Part shown: piece by piece, positions 1 to 13,500 of the stretch
Layout of the letters: each line of letters starts with the position of its first letter
How positions within the stretch are numbered: position 1 is the stretch's first letter
Assembly: GCA_964276515.1 (NCBI GenBank)
Contig: OZ193909.1
Location: forward strand, 20,398,001 to 20,462,000
Source of the DNA: Gordius albopunctatus
Taxonomy: Eukaryota
DNA length: 64,000 nucleotides
Direction of reading: 5' to 3'
Made by a program: the position numbers and the translations under genes
The notes under the pieces: model-generated
What the model was told of the DNA's origin: nothing
The model's database searches: none
What the model saw: the letters and a program-made list of their open reading frames with translations, nothing else

Positions 1-2832
1 TCCAAAGTTTCCTGTCTTGCATGGTGGTCAGCAATAAATTCCAATCATGGTCTGGTGTTTGGACATCGCGAAACACCTTGTAGAGCCAGCTGCCATTGAA
101 TTTGCGACCTTTTAGCAGGGGTGGACACCAGAACAGGGAAGATATACAGTAGTTAGTTCCTTTCCTTTGTACTTGATGAGCCAGAAAACCCCATTTCCTC
201 GCGAGTAGAATGTTTTTAATTGGAGCGATTTTGCAGCGCATCCATAGATCCTCGTTGGTTATTCTCGTCGGACAAAATATCCGGCAAAGTAGCATTTTAT
301 TGAAACTGACTTGCAGTTTCTTTAAGCTAGGAGCCTTCAGTGACCAAGATTCGCAACCGTATAGGAGAATTGGTAGGATAGTGACTTTGAAAATCCTCAG
401 ACGCGTATGGAGCGTCAGTTGACGTGAGCGCTGAATCGCTGAGCACGAGTAGAATTTGACCATGGTCCGACGGAGCCTCGATTCGACATCCGCTTCGGCG
501 TAGGTATCTGGAGTAAGGTCCACTCCCAAATAACGGACTTTTTGAGATGCATTTATCACGTTGTTATTGATTACCAGAGTAGAGTTCGAAGAATCGTTTA
601 TACGAATCATTCATTGAGCATTTGTCGGGGTTTATAAACAGTCCTGCTTGCTTGGCTTGGATGCTGAACCTGTCTAACATAAATTGTGCTTCGGAAATAG
701 AAGGGGCCACTATACATATGTCGTCTGCGAACAGCAGGGATGATAGAGTAGTGCCGTTTAATTTGATACCATCGATCAGAAGTGTGGATCTCTTCATTAT
801 TAGATTCACCGCAATTATAAACAGGAGAGGGGACAGCGGGCAACCATGCCTGACACCAGATGTTACTGGTATGGGTTCCGATTTATGGTGGAGGTGGGAA
901 ATAACTAGTGTCATGTTTTTCGTAGAGTAGAAAGATTATGAGAGTTATTTTCTTGGGCAAGCCTAATAGGCATAGCGCTTCCCATATGTATAGATAGCAC
1001 AGCGATTTAAAAGCTTTAGTGATGTCTAAAAAACAAGAATCAAGGGGCACCGCTTGTCTGTGGAATATCCATTATGTTCCTTAATGTTATTATGTGCTCT
1101 GTCGTTGTACGGCACTTCCTAAATCCTTTTTGATTGTTTTTAATTATTTCATCCACCTCGCTCGCTGTACATTCGATTGTATATAACCTTTATGAATATT
1201 TTTGATTCAAGGTTAATGATAGTCACGCCCCAGTAGTTGTTAGGATTGGATGGATCTCCTTTTTTGAAAAGTTTGATCAAGTTACCTATTGTCCAGGAGT
1301 CCGGTATAACCTCTTTTGTCCAAACTCTCCGAAACAATTGGTGCAAAAGAGAGCTAGAGATATGGGAGTCAGCTTTGAGTGCTTCTGAGGTTAGACCTGA
1401 CGGATCGGTCTCTTTGTGGGATTTGAGCGACTGATAGCTCTGTCAATTTCGGATAAAGAGGGGGGGTCCGTATCGATGTGGAGGGCCTTTAAAGTTAACG
1501 ATAAATCCTCTGTATATATCCACTACAGGAAATAAGGGCTGGGCGACAAAATAGATTGAAAATGGTCTTCCCAAGCTTTGGTTTGGGCCAAGGAGTCGTT
1601 GGAGCCGCCAACTGTGTTTATGCTGTTGTAGGCTCGTTTGGAGAATGTGTTATAGTTAAGGCTGTCTAGAATGGTAAATAACTGGTGATTGTTATTAGAG
1701 CGTGCTGCCGCTTCGGCCTCTGTGGTTTTTGCGTTAATAAACGCAATTTTATCTTGTCGGATGCTGGATTTAATACGCTTGCTGAGAGCGGATAAGCATG
1801 AGTTTTTGAAAGGAAACTCATTTCTATCAAAGTAGATGTTAGATTTTGTCTTGAGGAGCCCAAGTGTTTTTTCTGAAAACCATGTCTTTGTTCTGATTCG
1901 ACTCTGGTCCTTCAAGGGAATTGTAAAAATTTCTGATATTTTTATGCTGTGGTCGTTTATCGACAGGTCGGAAAGGTTGTTGCTTAGGATTTTTAGGTGT
2001 AGGCGGTCCTTAAATTCAGTGGTTTGGGACAGACCTTGGGGCCTTATTTTCGGTGATTTGCGTGTCGAAGGAACCCGTAGGGTAGCTGCTTTCAACACTA
2101 GTTCAGCGGCTATTGCACAATGGTCAGCGTCATCAGTGAGGAGGTTCAAAATTACATGAAAGTTTTTGACGATTTTTAGATGTCTTGACCTACAGATCAG
2201 ATGGTCTATTTGGCTTGATTGCAAGTTGTTTTTTTTTCGGAAGGTGGCCAGCCGATATAGGGAAGATCTGAGAATGTTGAAGTAATTCGCCAATTTCCCG
2301 TATTGCACCATTTTTTTAGAATAATACCGTTTCTGTTTTTGGAGCCTAAGGTGTTAGGGCCTTTAGGGTTAGGGTTGTCACGGTCAGTGCGCCCGACGGA
2401 TGAATTCACGTCGCCAATTATAATTGGCACCGACTTGCGGCTTAATTTTTTGATTTTGTCAAAGAGAAGACTGAAAATTTCGTTAATAACCTTAGTTTTG
2501 TAGGAAGATGTAGGGGCATAAACGCTTATCACCGACACCACACGTACCCCTATTGTTACATCAATTATAAGAATTCTTTCATTTACCCAGTCGATACTCA
2601 GAAAGGAAAGATGTTTGTTTATAAATGTTGAAACCCCTGTGGCTGAATTGTCTGTAAATCCCACGTGGTAAAGGGTGTACTCGGAGTTGCTGTCGATTCT
2701 AGAATGAGGAATCCGCGTCTGTTGTAGGCATAAGATATCTAGTTTATGATTTCTTGCGAATGTTAATATCATCTGTTGTTTGCCTTGTATCATAAGGGAA
2801 TTGATATTTATTGAGGCTATTTTGATCTTCAT
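1..2832 (-). mobile_element. Decayed non-LTR retrotransposon (RTE-like LINE ORF: APE endonuclease + reverse transcriptase), frameshifted; runs off the window edge
   Basis: ORF 2206-2832 has APE motifs (IASININSL, DILCLQQTR, SVYAPT, IIGDVNS). ORF 1523-2311 has QIDHLI. ORF 1149-1346 has LFKKGDPSNPNNY. ORF 564-914 has GVRHGCPLSPLLF and LFADDI. The minus strand near 230-420 reads ILPILLYGCESWSL, an RTE-type C-terminus. Confidence 0.88.
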
Positions 2833-4196
2833 TAGCGGTTAAGATAGTGGACGAGGTTGAGGAGTAGATTATGGACGGATGAGTTAAACCCTTTCTTAAG
2901 CGTTGTATATTTTAAAATATCGAGTTGTAGACTACAAGCCCTAGCCCAATAGTATGACGAAGTGACAGTTTTCAAATCACTTCTAAGAGCGAGGCTAGCA
3001 GCAAATGCATGGTAATTAATGTACTTAGCAGCATAATTGATTTGGGTTGATTTGGAAGTAGGTGGGTCTTAACCATAGCTCATATAAGTAAAGATGTCGA
3101 GATGAAATATTACCAAAGACATATGTGGGGAGTGAGTAATTAAAGAGAAATTTTTGTTATTTCAGATGTTGTTTGAAACATCTTTGTCCAATCACATATA
3201 ATGATTATGCCGAGGAAAAGAAATTACCAGGGTATTATGGATGTAGCTGGGTCGTGAGATTTATTGGGGGGGGGGGGAAGCTTAAATACCTCGAATATGT
3301 TGTTTGCAAAGTAGAATTCTCAGTAAGGTTATTTTAAGTACTTTGATGAAGTATTAGTATGATGACGATGATTAATTAAAGTATCATGCACATGCAGATA
3401 ACTTACACGAAGCCTAAACTCCCTGGGAGCGACGGGGCTTGCTGTGTGGAAGGGGTGTGAGCCGTGATGATAGTAACAATAGGCGTATACCAATAATGTC
3501 TAAAGAAGTTTAATTAAGGGCTGTGGAGAGTCTGAACATTTTAAGTATAGTCCGACTCGCGAGATCAAAGTTTAGGCGGGATAGTATGATTACCAGAATT
3601 CAAGCCCACAATGCTTTCGGTCTAAAGGATGTCGAGGGAGCTCTAGAGTATTTCCTTCTATATTAAAGTTTCTCATTACTCAAGAGTTTCTTTACTTTAT
3701 AATTAAGTTATTGAGTATAATGTTATGATTATGGTATAGATAGATATATGCATATGGCGCTCAAAATTCGACGCTGCTTTTAATACATTTGTAAAGAACT
3801 TTAAAGAGGCTAGGATGAATTTAAAAAAGTAAAACCCTAAACCTTATAAGTGTGTTATGCTTGGTAAACAGTTATTTGTCTTTTATGGGATAAATATTTT
3901 GCTCGATGATTTGAGAGACAAATAATATTATTTATATTAAAGCCATAACCTAGACGCGAGCTTTTAAGTTGTATAAGAGAGTTCGCATTAACTGCACTCT
4001 TTAGAAAAGAGGGGCAGGGCGAGGGAAAATAGTTATATAACTCTACATTATTCGTAAAATCCATATTATGGCTCAAAAAATAAATAATAAAGTGGTTGAG
4101 GGGAGGGGGGAGAGAAATAGAAGGTGGAAACACTTAACTAGTCACAAGGCTAGATTTAGCTTGTGCTAAATCAGTTTATTTGATTCTTGGCGAGTC

Positions 4197-4399
4197 TAGA
4201 GTTGTTAAATTGCTAACTTTCTTCAACTCCAGCCACCATCTGCTCGAGTTTCTGCTCGGCCCTCGAGCATTTTTATATGCTACTGCTCTGCCTACTGCAG
4301 CAAACAGCGAGCACATATTGTGTTAACGCGCATATTAAGCAACTCAGTGTGTGTGCTCGCGTTTGGAGTTTGAAGAAACTTAGCAATTTAACAACTCTA
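4197..4399. mobile_element. hAT-type MITE (203 bp)
   Basis: ~35-bp imperfect TIRs (TAGAGTTGTTAAATTGCTAA... / ...TTAGCAATTTAACAACTCTA) flanked by a perfect 8-bp TSD GGCGAGTC (4189-4196, 4400-4407). Confidence 0.85.
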
Positions 4400-5521
4400 G
4401 GCGAGTCCTTGTCAAGGAAGGCACCGATCATTCATGGTAGTAGGAGTAGGCGTCTGCTTCCGGAGCAGATTAGAAATATCTAGTTGCACTATTTTTAGAT
4501 ACTACTGGATACCAAGAGTTTTTGTGTTACAAGGGATCGAGGCTGGGTGGGAGGTCTCACAACATAACGTGGAGGGAGAGAAAATAATTGAAAAAGCGTA
4601 ATGGAAAAGAAATAAAAACACACAAATAATAATGTATATAAATTTTTCTAGTTCAACTATAAAACTCATTTTCCAAGATATAACAAATAAACATTGATTG
4701 CATTTTGATGAAATCCAAGGAAATTGAATTAGTGATTCCATCATTTGCTTATTATTTATTTTATAGGATTATTTTTTTGGGGGGAGGGGGTTAACTTTAT
4801 AGTCAGAATAAAAATGAATCTTAAAATTTTATATGATTTAATTTATATCATTTATTACCACTATCAAAGTTTACCAATGCAAATGTTTATGTTTGGAAAG
4901 TTATTGTTTAGAGTATAAAATAAATCTTACTACTTGAATTCATGGCAAAGCCATATTTAAATTTCGGTCATGGAAACCAGGAATATCAAACCTTTAATGA
5001 GCTATATCCGTGGTCTAGAGGCTTAAGGGCAAAAATTGTAAAACTATATTTACATTTCTTTATTATGTGGCTATTCTGATTTTATGAATAAGCTGGTAGA
5101 AAGTAGTTGATAAAGAATATCTAGTATTCACAAGGGTGTGGCCGATTTAATATTATATCCTTATCTCAAATCTATTTTATCACGAACCTAGAGAGTTCTT
5201 TATTAGCAATATTCCAGCTCAAGGATTAAATATGTGTCCCGTTATAATAAAGCCAAATAATTTCATTTAATGATTTATACTTATAAGGCTTAAAAATAGT
5301 AGAGATGCGTTTGAAAGATAATAAATTGAATAACTATATATAGGTTTTACACTAATTATATGGAGCGGAGGTCGTAGGATGCATAATATATTTAAAAAAA
5401 CTAACTAAAAATAATAAATATATTAGAAATGAGGCTTTACAAGAAAAGCGAAATGAGCGTGTAAAATGGGGACAAAGCACTTTCCCCATGTCTTTATTAA
5501 GGCGTGCTGGGATCCGCCTTA

Positions 5522-5801
5522 GGGCTTGTCTTAATATCGGATTTTGTTGCGCAGCAAAAATCGTTGTATGGGTTATAACATAGTCGTGTCTAAACTTCGA
5601 ATTCACACCAGATTTTTATTTCAGATACATTATATAACAGCGATTAATCTCAAGAATTGAAATAAATAAAAAAACGGTTTTAACTATCAAAAAACAAAAT
5701 ATTAATAATTACAATCGAGTTTGACACATGAAATTGAATCGAATATTTAATAAAGATAAATTCGCGCCGTTTGAATCTGAATCCGATATTAAGACAAGCC
5801 C
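5522..5801. mobile_element. PIF/Harbinger (Tourist-like) MITE
   Basis: TIR GGGCTTGTCTTAATATCGGATT / AATCCGATATTAAGACAAGCCC with TTA on both sides. A related copy lies at 37586-37842. Confidence 0.8.
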
Positions 5802-7047
5802 TTATGTAAAAAATGACATAAAAGTAATCGCTTCAAATTGTAGCGAAAGATTCACTTTTGAGTAAAATTTACATTAATGTGATGTGATTAAATGTTTGTG
5901 TAAAATCTAATTTCACGCCTCTTATTTATAGCCATCAATATAAACTTTTATTAGATAGAAATAATGTTTTACTTGTGGCTGTTTAAAAACTGAATTTATT
6001 GTGTAGGCGGAAAAAACAGTGAAATAGTTACCCTAAAATGGATTAAATATAATAAAAACAATTGATTCTCAATTTTGGGGCATTTTATAAAGAAGGAAAA
6101 AAATATGGGACCACATCATATACTTTTTTTGAGTCTTTATCACGAATCTGGTGCAAAATGTAATAAGTGCAAAATGTAATAATGTAATATTCGCATTTCA
6201 GAAATTGAGACCGGTTTTCACGCATATTCATACGCATGTAATATGTACTAAAAAAGTAGGTAATAAAAGGATACTATAATTGTTAATTGAAACAAAATGT
6301 ATAATACTATTTTATAAATAAATACATATTATCAAATAAATCACTAAATCTAACCCTTGCTTATATTAGATTTTGCACATATTACATTTTGCACAGAAGT
6401 GCTTTATCACTCTCCAAACAAGACTCAATTGATAATTTTAGAGATTTAACTAATTTTGAGGATAATATTATTTAACGTCTATTTGATTCAAATTTAAATA
6501 TTCATAAATAAGAAGGTAAAAAGATAAAATTATCGCCTTAAAACAATCTTTATTTTTGCATAAGGTGTAGCGAAGAATGGTTTGTATTAATAATTGTGAG
6601 AAGTTATTGTTTCTAAAAATGTATCATTCTTACAATTGAATTGAGTGAAACAGTTTGGGTTTGTTAAAAGTCTCTAATGAATTAAATAAAGGTTTTTAAA
6701 GAGCAAACCCACAAAAATAATAAAAGAAAGATTTCTAATTGTTTTGAGGATAAGGTACTAACATTTGAATTACCCAAATATCATATTAAGCCTATTAAAA
6801 ATGTTATATTTAAAAAATTTTAAGCTCTAAAATTGATTAAATCTGATCAAAAAATTTAATTATAATTGATTTTTATATATTAATTGCAAATAAATTTAAT
6901 ATAAAAATTTTAAACATGGTGAAAAAGCTAGATATATATAGACAGAAGAAAGAATATGATGATTTAATGGTTATTCAAAATAAATAAATTAAAAACAAAT
7001 AAAAAAGAAAAAGGCTTGCCTAGCACTTTATTTAAATTGACAAATAA

Positions 7048-7430
7048 AACAACCCCTTTCAGGAGTGCCCGCAATTAAATTAAAAGAATACTCTAATTAG
7101 CGCCATCTATAGGCAATTTTAATTAGAGATTAATTTGAACTATGTATATCATCCCCCCTATCTTTTTTAGTATAATCCCATTCAGGAGTGCCCGCAATTA
7201 CTATGGCATACTGATGAGCTCTAATAAGAGCGAAAACTTTATATGTCTGTTGTTATCATTTTCGAGTCACATACAAAAAAAGATAGGGATATACATAGTT
7301 TAAATTAGTCTCTAATTAAAATTGCCTATAGATGGCGCTAATTTATTCTTTTAATTTAATTGCGGGCACTCCTGAATGGTGTTGTTATTATCTTCTAGGG
7401 CACTTCTGAATAGGGTTGTTATTATCTTCT
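7048..7430. repeat. Fold-back element: ~120-bp inverted arms (~7048-7168 / ~7275-7387) with internal partial direct repeats; possibly a Penelope-like pLTR remnant
   Basis: TTCAGGAGTGCCCGCAATTAAATTAAAAGAATA...TTAGCGCCATCTATAGGCAATTTTAATTAGAGA is mirrored at ~7310-7377. TTCAGGAGTGCCCGCAATTA recurs at 7181-7200. 7398-7431 duplicates 7364-7397. Confidence 0.75.
7205..7247 (+). ncRNA. Minimal type I hammerhead ribozyme motif
   Basis: GGCATA-CTGATGA-GCTCT(AATA)AGAGC-GAAA-ACTTTA-TATGTC. Conserved core CUGAUGA/GAAA, 5-bp stem II, stem I GGCAUA:UAUGUC, very short stem III and a UUA cleavage triplet. Confidence 0.7.
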
Positions 7431-7599
7431 AAATTCTATATATTGTAAATTCACTTAAGCTTTTAGAAAAATAGGTAGTTAAAGACATAATAAACTTATG
7501 ATCAATACAAAAATAAATTGTAAAAGCATTTCATATAACTATTATAAATATCAAATTAGTTAGTTTAATCTAAGTAGATTAAGGAATACCCTCCTCCAT

Positions 7600-9725
7600 T
7601 TAACCCGATAGGGACCACTAATTTTTGCAAGGTTAAATTTTATAAAAAAATAAGTTTCTAGGGTCACTAGGGTATAGTAACAACAAATCCACTTAAATTT
7701 TTTTGAAAAATAATGACCCCGGGTAGATAGAGGGGTGTCACCTAAAAGTGACATTGGGAAGGCCAAAAATGCAACATTAAATTTTTTATTAAAATCAGCT
7801 ACAATATAATTAATTATAATTCATGATAGGTAGCCCAACATTTTAAATGCAATCCGGCGTTACAATATGAACATTTTAGGCGAGTGGCCTTCTTACAAAC
7901 TTTACAACGCCTCTGAGAACAGGGTTCTTTTTGATGCTTTGTTATGTTAGGTTTATATTTCGTTAAACTCGAATACACGTTTCTTTTGGGTTGAATACCA
8001 TATTTCCTGAAATATGACATCACAATCGATCTTCGGAAGTTGCATAATGACTGATAATCATTGTTTGACTTGTAAATTTGCCATGAATTGTGGCAGGCCG
8101 CATCTATTCGAAATGCTAACAAAGGAAAATACCATTTTTTACCTCTGTAAGAAATTCTTGTAGATTGTACGTTCTGATCAAATCGATCAACCCCACCCAT
8201 ATATTTATTGTACATTTGGACCATAAATCGGCAATCGACTTGAATTTTTGATTTTACCTTATTTAATGAACCTATTCTGGATACTTTACTTATTGGATTG
8301 CTACCATGACAATTTGATAGCATGTTGACAATGCAATTGTCATTCCATTGAATTGCAACTATATTTGAAGTTACTTTTTTAACGAAATAGCCTCGGCTTT
8401 TTTTGTTTTAACACTTTCGGATCTGCCAGAGGACATTTAATTCGATTAACCCTGATGGTTCCCGTAGCGCCGATGATTTTTTTGAAAGAGCATTTAATAA
8501 TTTTGTGCTTGTCAAGTAATTATTGAAATAAATATTATAAGGAGAATATTCATTTGGTAATTTATCCAGAAGATTCATTATGACAGCTACCCCTAAACCG
8601 AAAGTTTTTTGCTGTGGTAAAATACATGATGAACCCTGATAAAGGTCAAAACTAATAAGGTATCCTGACCTTGTTGCGGCCGTCCAGAGTTTATACGCAA
8701 AACGCATTGTCTTTCCTTTTATAAATTGTTTCGTAGTATGGCGCCCATAGTAGGGAACGATGGTTTCATCCATTGAAATATTTGAAGTTTTTACATATTT
8801 AAAATTATTCCTAAATCGTTTGTCTAAAAGATCAAAGAACTGTCGAACTTTGGCGAATTTGTCGACCGAGTCTAAATTTGAATTGTCGCATAGATGTAAA
8901 TACTTTGTTATTTCTTTGAATCTGTTGCGGCGCATTCCATATGAAACCATTTGATTGTAAGAATCGGATTTTAATTCCCAAAACATTTTAATATTTTTCG
9001 GAGTTAAATATCCAGTAAGAAGTAAGATGGCAATATAAATTTTAAGCTCCTCCTTTGTAAAGTTCAAATTTATATTGTGCTGTTTAGCGTATAGATTTGT
9101 CATTTCTACAATGAATGTCACAATTTCATCAGTAAAAATTTGTTCGAAATAATCTTCTGTGGTTGGTAAATTCATGAAATCGACGTCAGTCCTATCATCT
9201 TCTTTGCGACCACACGGGAAAAAAAATCTTTTCATCATCTTGCCAATTTAAATTATCTTTGAGGGATGTACCCTCTAGGTCTGAGGAACGGATGACCTCA
9301 ATAGAAGACGTAAGCATTGATCTTGGTAGATGATCCAAATCAGCCTCAATTTCATCGCCACTTTCTTGGTCAGTGTCACCATCGATGGTTGGAGGAAATA
9401 TGATAACTTGTTCCACATTTAAATTAGAATATTCTACTTCTTTTAAAAGGTCATTTAATGTTCTAAATCAAATATTTAAAAAAAAAATTATATTAAAATT
9501 AAATTATATTACAGACACAAAATCACACGTCTTTTTTGACTTTTTTTTGTTTTTGCTGTTAATAAAATTAAGGAATGAGGACCAAGACTTAATAAAAGAA
9601 GGCTTACAAAAGTTTAATTGAGTAAAATATAGCTTAGGTGCTAACAAACAACGTTAAAAACGCCAAAAACTACGTAAATATCTTATTGTTCAAAAATGCC
9701 CTTCCCAATGTCACTTTTAGGTGAC
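7600..9725 (-). mobile_element. Inactive piggyBac transposon (PGBD2/PGBD3-like transposase pseudogene, 7814-9416, in three frames)
   Basis: Acidic N-terminus (PPTIDGDTDQESGDE). DDD core SMDETIV / YFNNY (second Asp changed to Asn) / GGVDRFDQ. C-terminal Cys-rich RRCKVC..KCSYC..LHLKC..YH. TTAA-CCC at 7600. A 26-bp inverted repeat at 7737-7762 / 9700-9725. Confidence 0.9.
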
Positions 9726-10525
9726 GTTATATTTTAAACTTAAAAATAACTATGATATATTTATAATTAATAAAATATATTTATATCAAAATATTAAGCA
9801 ATAATCATTATTCAGGAACATTCAAAAATATATTTTGCCCTCACGTTCGATTTTCCATTAAATTGAATAATTTGGAAGAGTTCAAAAAATAAAAAAATTG
9901 CGAACTTTGGAATGCTATAATTTTTAAACAATGGATTCGGAAAGGAAAGACGTTGTGTGAGCTTATTTGGCAACATCTCTTTTGTTAAATTCAATTTAAA
10001 AAAATAATTTTGAATAAATGCTTTTCGAGTAATCATCAATCAAATTGCTGATAAAAATCTTCTTCAGGATATAATTTATATTCCCTCTCTTGATAAATGT
10101 ATTTGCCTCGTTAGGTTGTACATTGGTCCTTACCTAAAAAAATTATGGCAATGCTCGATTATTATATGAAAAACTCCGCGTGAGGAATATACATCGTTCA
10201 TTAGATGAAACTCTCCCCAAATTTAAATTCTTGAAAAGGAGTAAGCATATCAATGTATCCAGTAACGTATGGGACAGAACTTGATTCTTGACTTTAAAAT
10301 AAGCAAAGGCTACAATTCGTTCTTATTTTAACCTAAATCACACTTAAAATTTAGATTTGGCTCTACGTCTGGTATTTTTTATTTAGCTAAATCGCGACAT
10401 ATTGCAAAATAAACAAAGGAAAATACCTACGACTTACCTTAAAAGAGCGAAAAATGCACATTTAAGGTGCGTAATCAGCTGTTATTGCTGATATGAATTC
10501 TTTTCAAAATATTGATAAATTAATA

Positions 10526-13500
10526 ATGGATTTGAAGCATGATATCTGTAATTTATCTCGAAATCATTCACATTTATCGGCTTCGGGGTATAAAAGCCCA
10601 ATAAAAATTGATGCAAAATCAATTCTACCACCTGTGGTAAGACAGTTATATGAATAAACAAATTTTTTTGTCTTTATAAAATAGATTAACCCTGAGATTC
10701 GTAATGCTTGCAAATCCGCTTTAAATAAAGCTATAGATATTGAAAAAAAGGTTGAAAGTACACGCACATCATTGTTTTTGGACAAAATTCATTTGATAAT
10801 ACAAAAGGTAATTTATGTATACTGTTTCTCATCTCCTCCTTTTAGCTCGACACAAATGATAAGAAACTGCTTAATTCCAATAAATTTGCTGAAAATTCTT
10901 TTGATTTACCAGACAATTATAAAGAAGAATATTTTGAGGCTATTTTGGATAAAATTATGAATAATAAACAAAATTATTATAATTTGCCAGATAAAAATTT
11001 AAAGAATGATTTTAATAATAATAAAAATTCCAATAACCACAAATCAGCTAGTCCTGAAAATTTTGATACAAAATTGTCTAATATGATTAGGAGTAATTCT
11101 TACATATTAGATAAACCATCACCACAATTATTTGCTCAAATGGAAAACAATAATAAACTTTTTGAACAAAATAACTCTACAAATCAATGTACATACAATA
11201 AATCAATTTCACCAATTTCAACTGAAGAATCTCTTAAATTACCTCAGGTAACTTATTTAAATGCTTGTTATATTTCTTAATTTATATCTAGCAATATCAA
11301 GCTCATGATAAGAGCTTAGAGGGTGAGAGTGGAGTTTTGAGTGAAAATTTTGGCACAGAAGGTAGTAGTTTAGTTGGAAAGATGGAGCATTTAGCAAAAT
11401 ATCTTAATGGCCTCAATACCACTGCACCCTCAGATTGTGAACCTTATGCCATAAAAACAACTCCAAATTGTAATATGAATGGGAATGCTAAAACTTTTTC
11501 TTCTGATGATTTCTGTAATTCTTCATCTCAAGTACAAGGAGACAGTTTTTATATGGAAAGTGCGAGTAATTATAATTATTCTCCACAAAAATGTTACACT
11601 CAATCATCCCCCATTGGTGATGTTAAAACCTCAAAATCTTCTAATATTCCAAATTCTACGCTCAATGGATCTTTTGGTAAATTTGTGTTGTATACTTGAG
11701 TTTTCACCAATAATCTCATTTTATTTGCGTGCCTTTTATAGTTTTTTATGCATTAGTTATTTTTTTTAGGTGTTTCATTATTTTGGCCTATAACCGTTCA
11801 TACTGTTTAAATATTTATGTGTTGTTTTTTTTAGAAATTTTTTATCAACTAAATGTACTCAAACATTTAATTTCTTTTCAATACCCACACTCTCATAACT
11901 TGCCAAGACTAGTCCGGCCTTTTCGAAATTAACTCGACCCGGCCCGGTTTGTGAATGTAGACCGACCGCCCCTTGACTAACATAAAATTTAGTCATTAAA
12001 AGTTGATTTGCAGTAATTTTTGTTGGAGATTAGTGTGCGTGCAGTTAGAAAGATAAAACTATTCTCCCCGCTTTTATGAGCCCCCTCGAGGCAAGACAGT
12101 TATATATATTTCCTCTTCACTACAACTTATAAAAGTGCACTCGCGGTGTTTAGATTATTACTTTTTGCTACACACTACTTCATAACCTGTTACCCGTTCC
12201 CTTTGTGACTTCATCTGCATCTGTAAGGATAGATTCTATCTCTCAGTATCCTGTTACCTCCACTATCTCTACCTAGAAAGACTTTATTATGTCATCATAA
12301 AATATTATAATCAACTCGATTTTGTTTTCAATATCGAGTTAAATCGTTGATTCGTTTGTAAGTTTGTAATGAATGGGGATGTTCTTTTAGAGGTATAAAG
12401 GAAATAATATCAAGGATAAGTTGGTTTAATAAATAAGCCAATACACATTTATTGAAATTTGAGGTTTGGGATTTTTTGAGTATGAATATACACGTTTTTT
12501 TGCCCTGATAAGCCTATATGTGGTGTATAATAGTGTTTACCTTAGTACAATGAAGCATGGTTTTCATCACATAGACATATATTTTAAAACTCTAAATAGT
12601 CATTGCTATATAAACTTTCCATTTTTTTTAAAAAATTAGAAATTGTTAAATGTAAAATTCAAGTATAGATTTATTTTCAAACCCAAATACTAATATATGC
12701 ATGCGGGCATAATTAATTTTTTACATATAAAATAACGGCACGATAATTTCGAAGCAAATTATCGTTTGGTTTTTGTATTCAGGCGCCAAGTCACCCGATT
12801 CGAATGCGACTCGGTTATACGAATCATTACGCGAATCGGCTATAGTTCCTGCACTGAGAAACAGACACAATTCTTTCCGACTCCGTTCAAAATCAAAATC
12901 GACTTTAAATGTAAGCTGCTTTGTTTAATTTTATCAAATAAATTTAGATAAATTTGTCATAAAGTAATTTAAGATTTACAAAAGCTTTGTTAATTTGTCT
13001 TTTCACCTATTAAATAATTTTAGATTGGATTTAAACAATGGCTTGTTGTAGTATATATACGAAGTAATATATTTTTAATTTTCACAGTTGCTTTCTTAAG
13101 CAATTATATCTTTCATTCTTCCCAATGAATTGTAGTTTAATTTGAATTGAAAATGTTTTTAAACATGTTTTAGGTGGCCGGAGATCATTAATTAGTTAGA
13201 CGTGTCTTAAAAATTTTATGTTTATTTACGTTTTAATATCAAATATTTAACTAGATTATTACAAATATTAAACCAAGTTTTCTCTAAATATAAACGTAAA
13301 AAATGCGCATTTATTTTTAAACATTAACAACCTATGAATATTGTCACATCACATGTTGCCATGAGGCCCAATGTCATTCACACTATCTCGTAAAATGTAC
13401 ATTGATCAATGTTTTCCCACAAAATAATGTCATACCATGACTGCAAAAATATCTTTTTAAATATTATTAAAAGATTTTTTTCCCCGTTTTTTATGGGAAA

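Noticed and set aside
9812..10461. Possible divergent gene upstream of CCP110 (ATG...AAG|GTAAGT at ~10461-10432 on the minus strand)
   Set aside because: No consistent spliced ORF or recognisable protein could be assembled.
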